A DNA stretch of 64,000 nt, taken from IMG/VR virus record IMGVR_UViG_3300045988_161114, positions 1 to 64,000 of that record, one strand, 5' to 3'. The notes beneath the pieces were generated by a model that did not search any database, was not told where the DNA came from, and saw only the letters and a program-made list of their open reading frames with translations. Position 1 is the stretch's first letter, and every line of letters starts with the position of its first letter. Both the position numbers and the translations under genes were made by a program. The DNA comes from a virus. Of the stretch, positions 63,447 to 64,000 are shown in pieces.

Positions 63447-64000
63447 TTATGGGGCATATCTAGCTCTAGCAGCACGGATGTTCATCACTGCAGAGTTCTC
63501 ATCAAATCTATTATTTGATCCTGGAACTTCAATTACCTGCATATCGCCTACATATAATGTACCTAAACAGAATATATCACTAGCGTTAACTTGTGAATCT
63601 TCTACATAGATATTATCCATTACTGTATAACGTTTATTGGATAAGCTTACGGCTTTTGTTGCTGCTGTTGAATTTCTTGATGATACCGAACCTATTACTT
63701 TAGTAGCTCCACCGCTTAATTTATCTATTACAGCTGTTTTAGATGTTATAAGTGATGTTGGTCCATTAAGTGTTACAGAGTTACCCTCTATTGTTACACC
63801 TGATGTTTGAGTACCAGATATAATAGAGCCTTTTATTGTTGCGTTGCCCGCAATTGTTATATCGTTATTGAATATACTTGATGCTGCAAATTGGTTACTT
63901 CCTGAGTTATCAGATTGGTTGATAAACTTAGTTACGTTAACTGTACCAAGTGTAGCTACTGATGTAGATAGTGTTGTTATGTCGCCGTTATAAGAAATAG
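63447..64000 (-). CDS. 3' part of a minus-strand CDS running off the window (G/S/T/N/V-rich beta-repeat protein)
   Basis: Absent from the ORF track because its start lies beyond 64000. Hand translation of the frame ending at TAA (63447..63449) is open through to 64000. It reads ...GNSVTLNGPTSLITSKTAVIDKLSGGATKVIGSVSS...VMNIRAARARYAP*. Confidence 0.55.
   Translation of the reverse strand, partial: ISYNGDITTLSTSVATLGTVNVTKFINQSDNSGSNQFAASSIFNNDITIAGNATIKGSIISGTQTSGVTIEGNSVTLNGPTSLITSKTAVIDKLSGGATKVIGSVSSRNSTAATKAVSLSNKRYTVMDNIYVEDSQVNASDIFCLGTLYVGDMQVIEVPGSNNRFDENSAVMNIRAARARYAP

Noticed and set aside
1-64000. Stop-codon reassignment (alternative genetic code).
   Set aside because: Long uninterrupted ORFs with conserved motifs terminate at TAA, TAG or TGA with sensible gene spacing. 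Every apparent in-frame break is explained by an intron or the intein.

Overview
This window is a strongly AT-rich dsDNA phage segment. The phage is probably large, and the i-spanin/o-spanin pair points to a Gram-negative host. All calls come from reading the sequence and ORF track by eye; no searches were run.

Layout:
- 1-46.56 kb, plus strand (early/middle genes): a cluster of 8 tRNAs interleaved with small ORFs and GC-rich structured non-coding islands. It also carries DHFR, HU, an AdoMet-decarboxylase-like gene, and SpoVG-like and Whirly-like DNA-binding proteins.
- 46.6-64 kb, minus strand (late genes): GH19 endolysin, o-spanin, i-spanin, then large fibre, tail and baseplate-like proteins running off the window end.

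Most unusual content:
1. A ubiquitin-like conjugation cassette: a small Ubl candidate, two unknown proteins, an E2-like protein, a JAB/JAMM peptidase and a ThiF/E1-like enzyme. A group I intron splits the adenylation motif of the E1 gene.
2. A 699-aa stand-alone reverse transcriptase immediately downstream of that cassette.
3. A very heavy load of self-splicing elements: five group I introns and one mini-intein. One intron is in the E1 gene and one, carrying a homing-endonuclease ORF, is in recA. The other three, plus a 168-aa mini-intein, are in the C-terminal dnaE gene.
4. dnaE is also split into two genes exactly at the PDxDxDF active-site motif. A ~4.7 kb cassette sits between the halves, encoding a radical SAM/twitch enzyme, a GNAT-like protein, an aminopropyltransferase-like protein, two cupin-type dioxygenase-like proteins and a 69-aa peptide.

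Other genes: RuvC-like resolvase, MazG-like NTP pyrophosphohydrolase, Cas4-like nuclease, primase-helicase, class Ia RNR (nrdB, glutaredoxin-like, nrdA), dNMP kinase, YqeY-like protein and ATP-dependent DNA ligase.

No CRISPR array, rRNA or transposase was seen.
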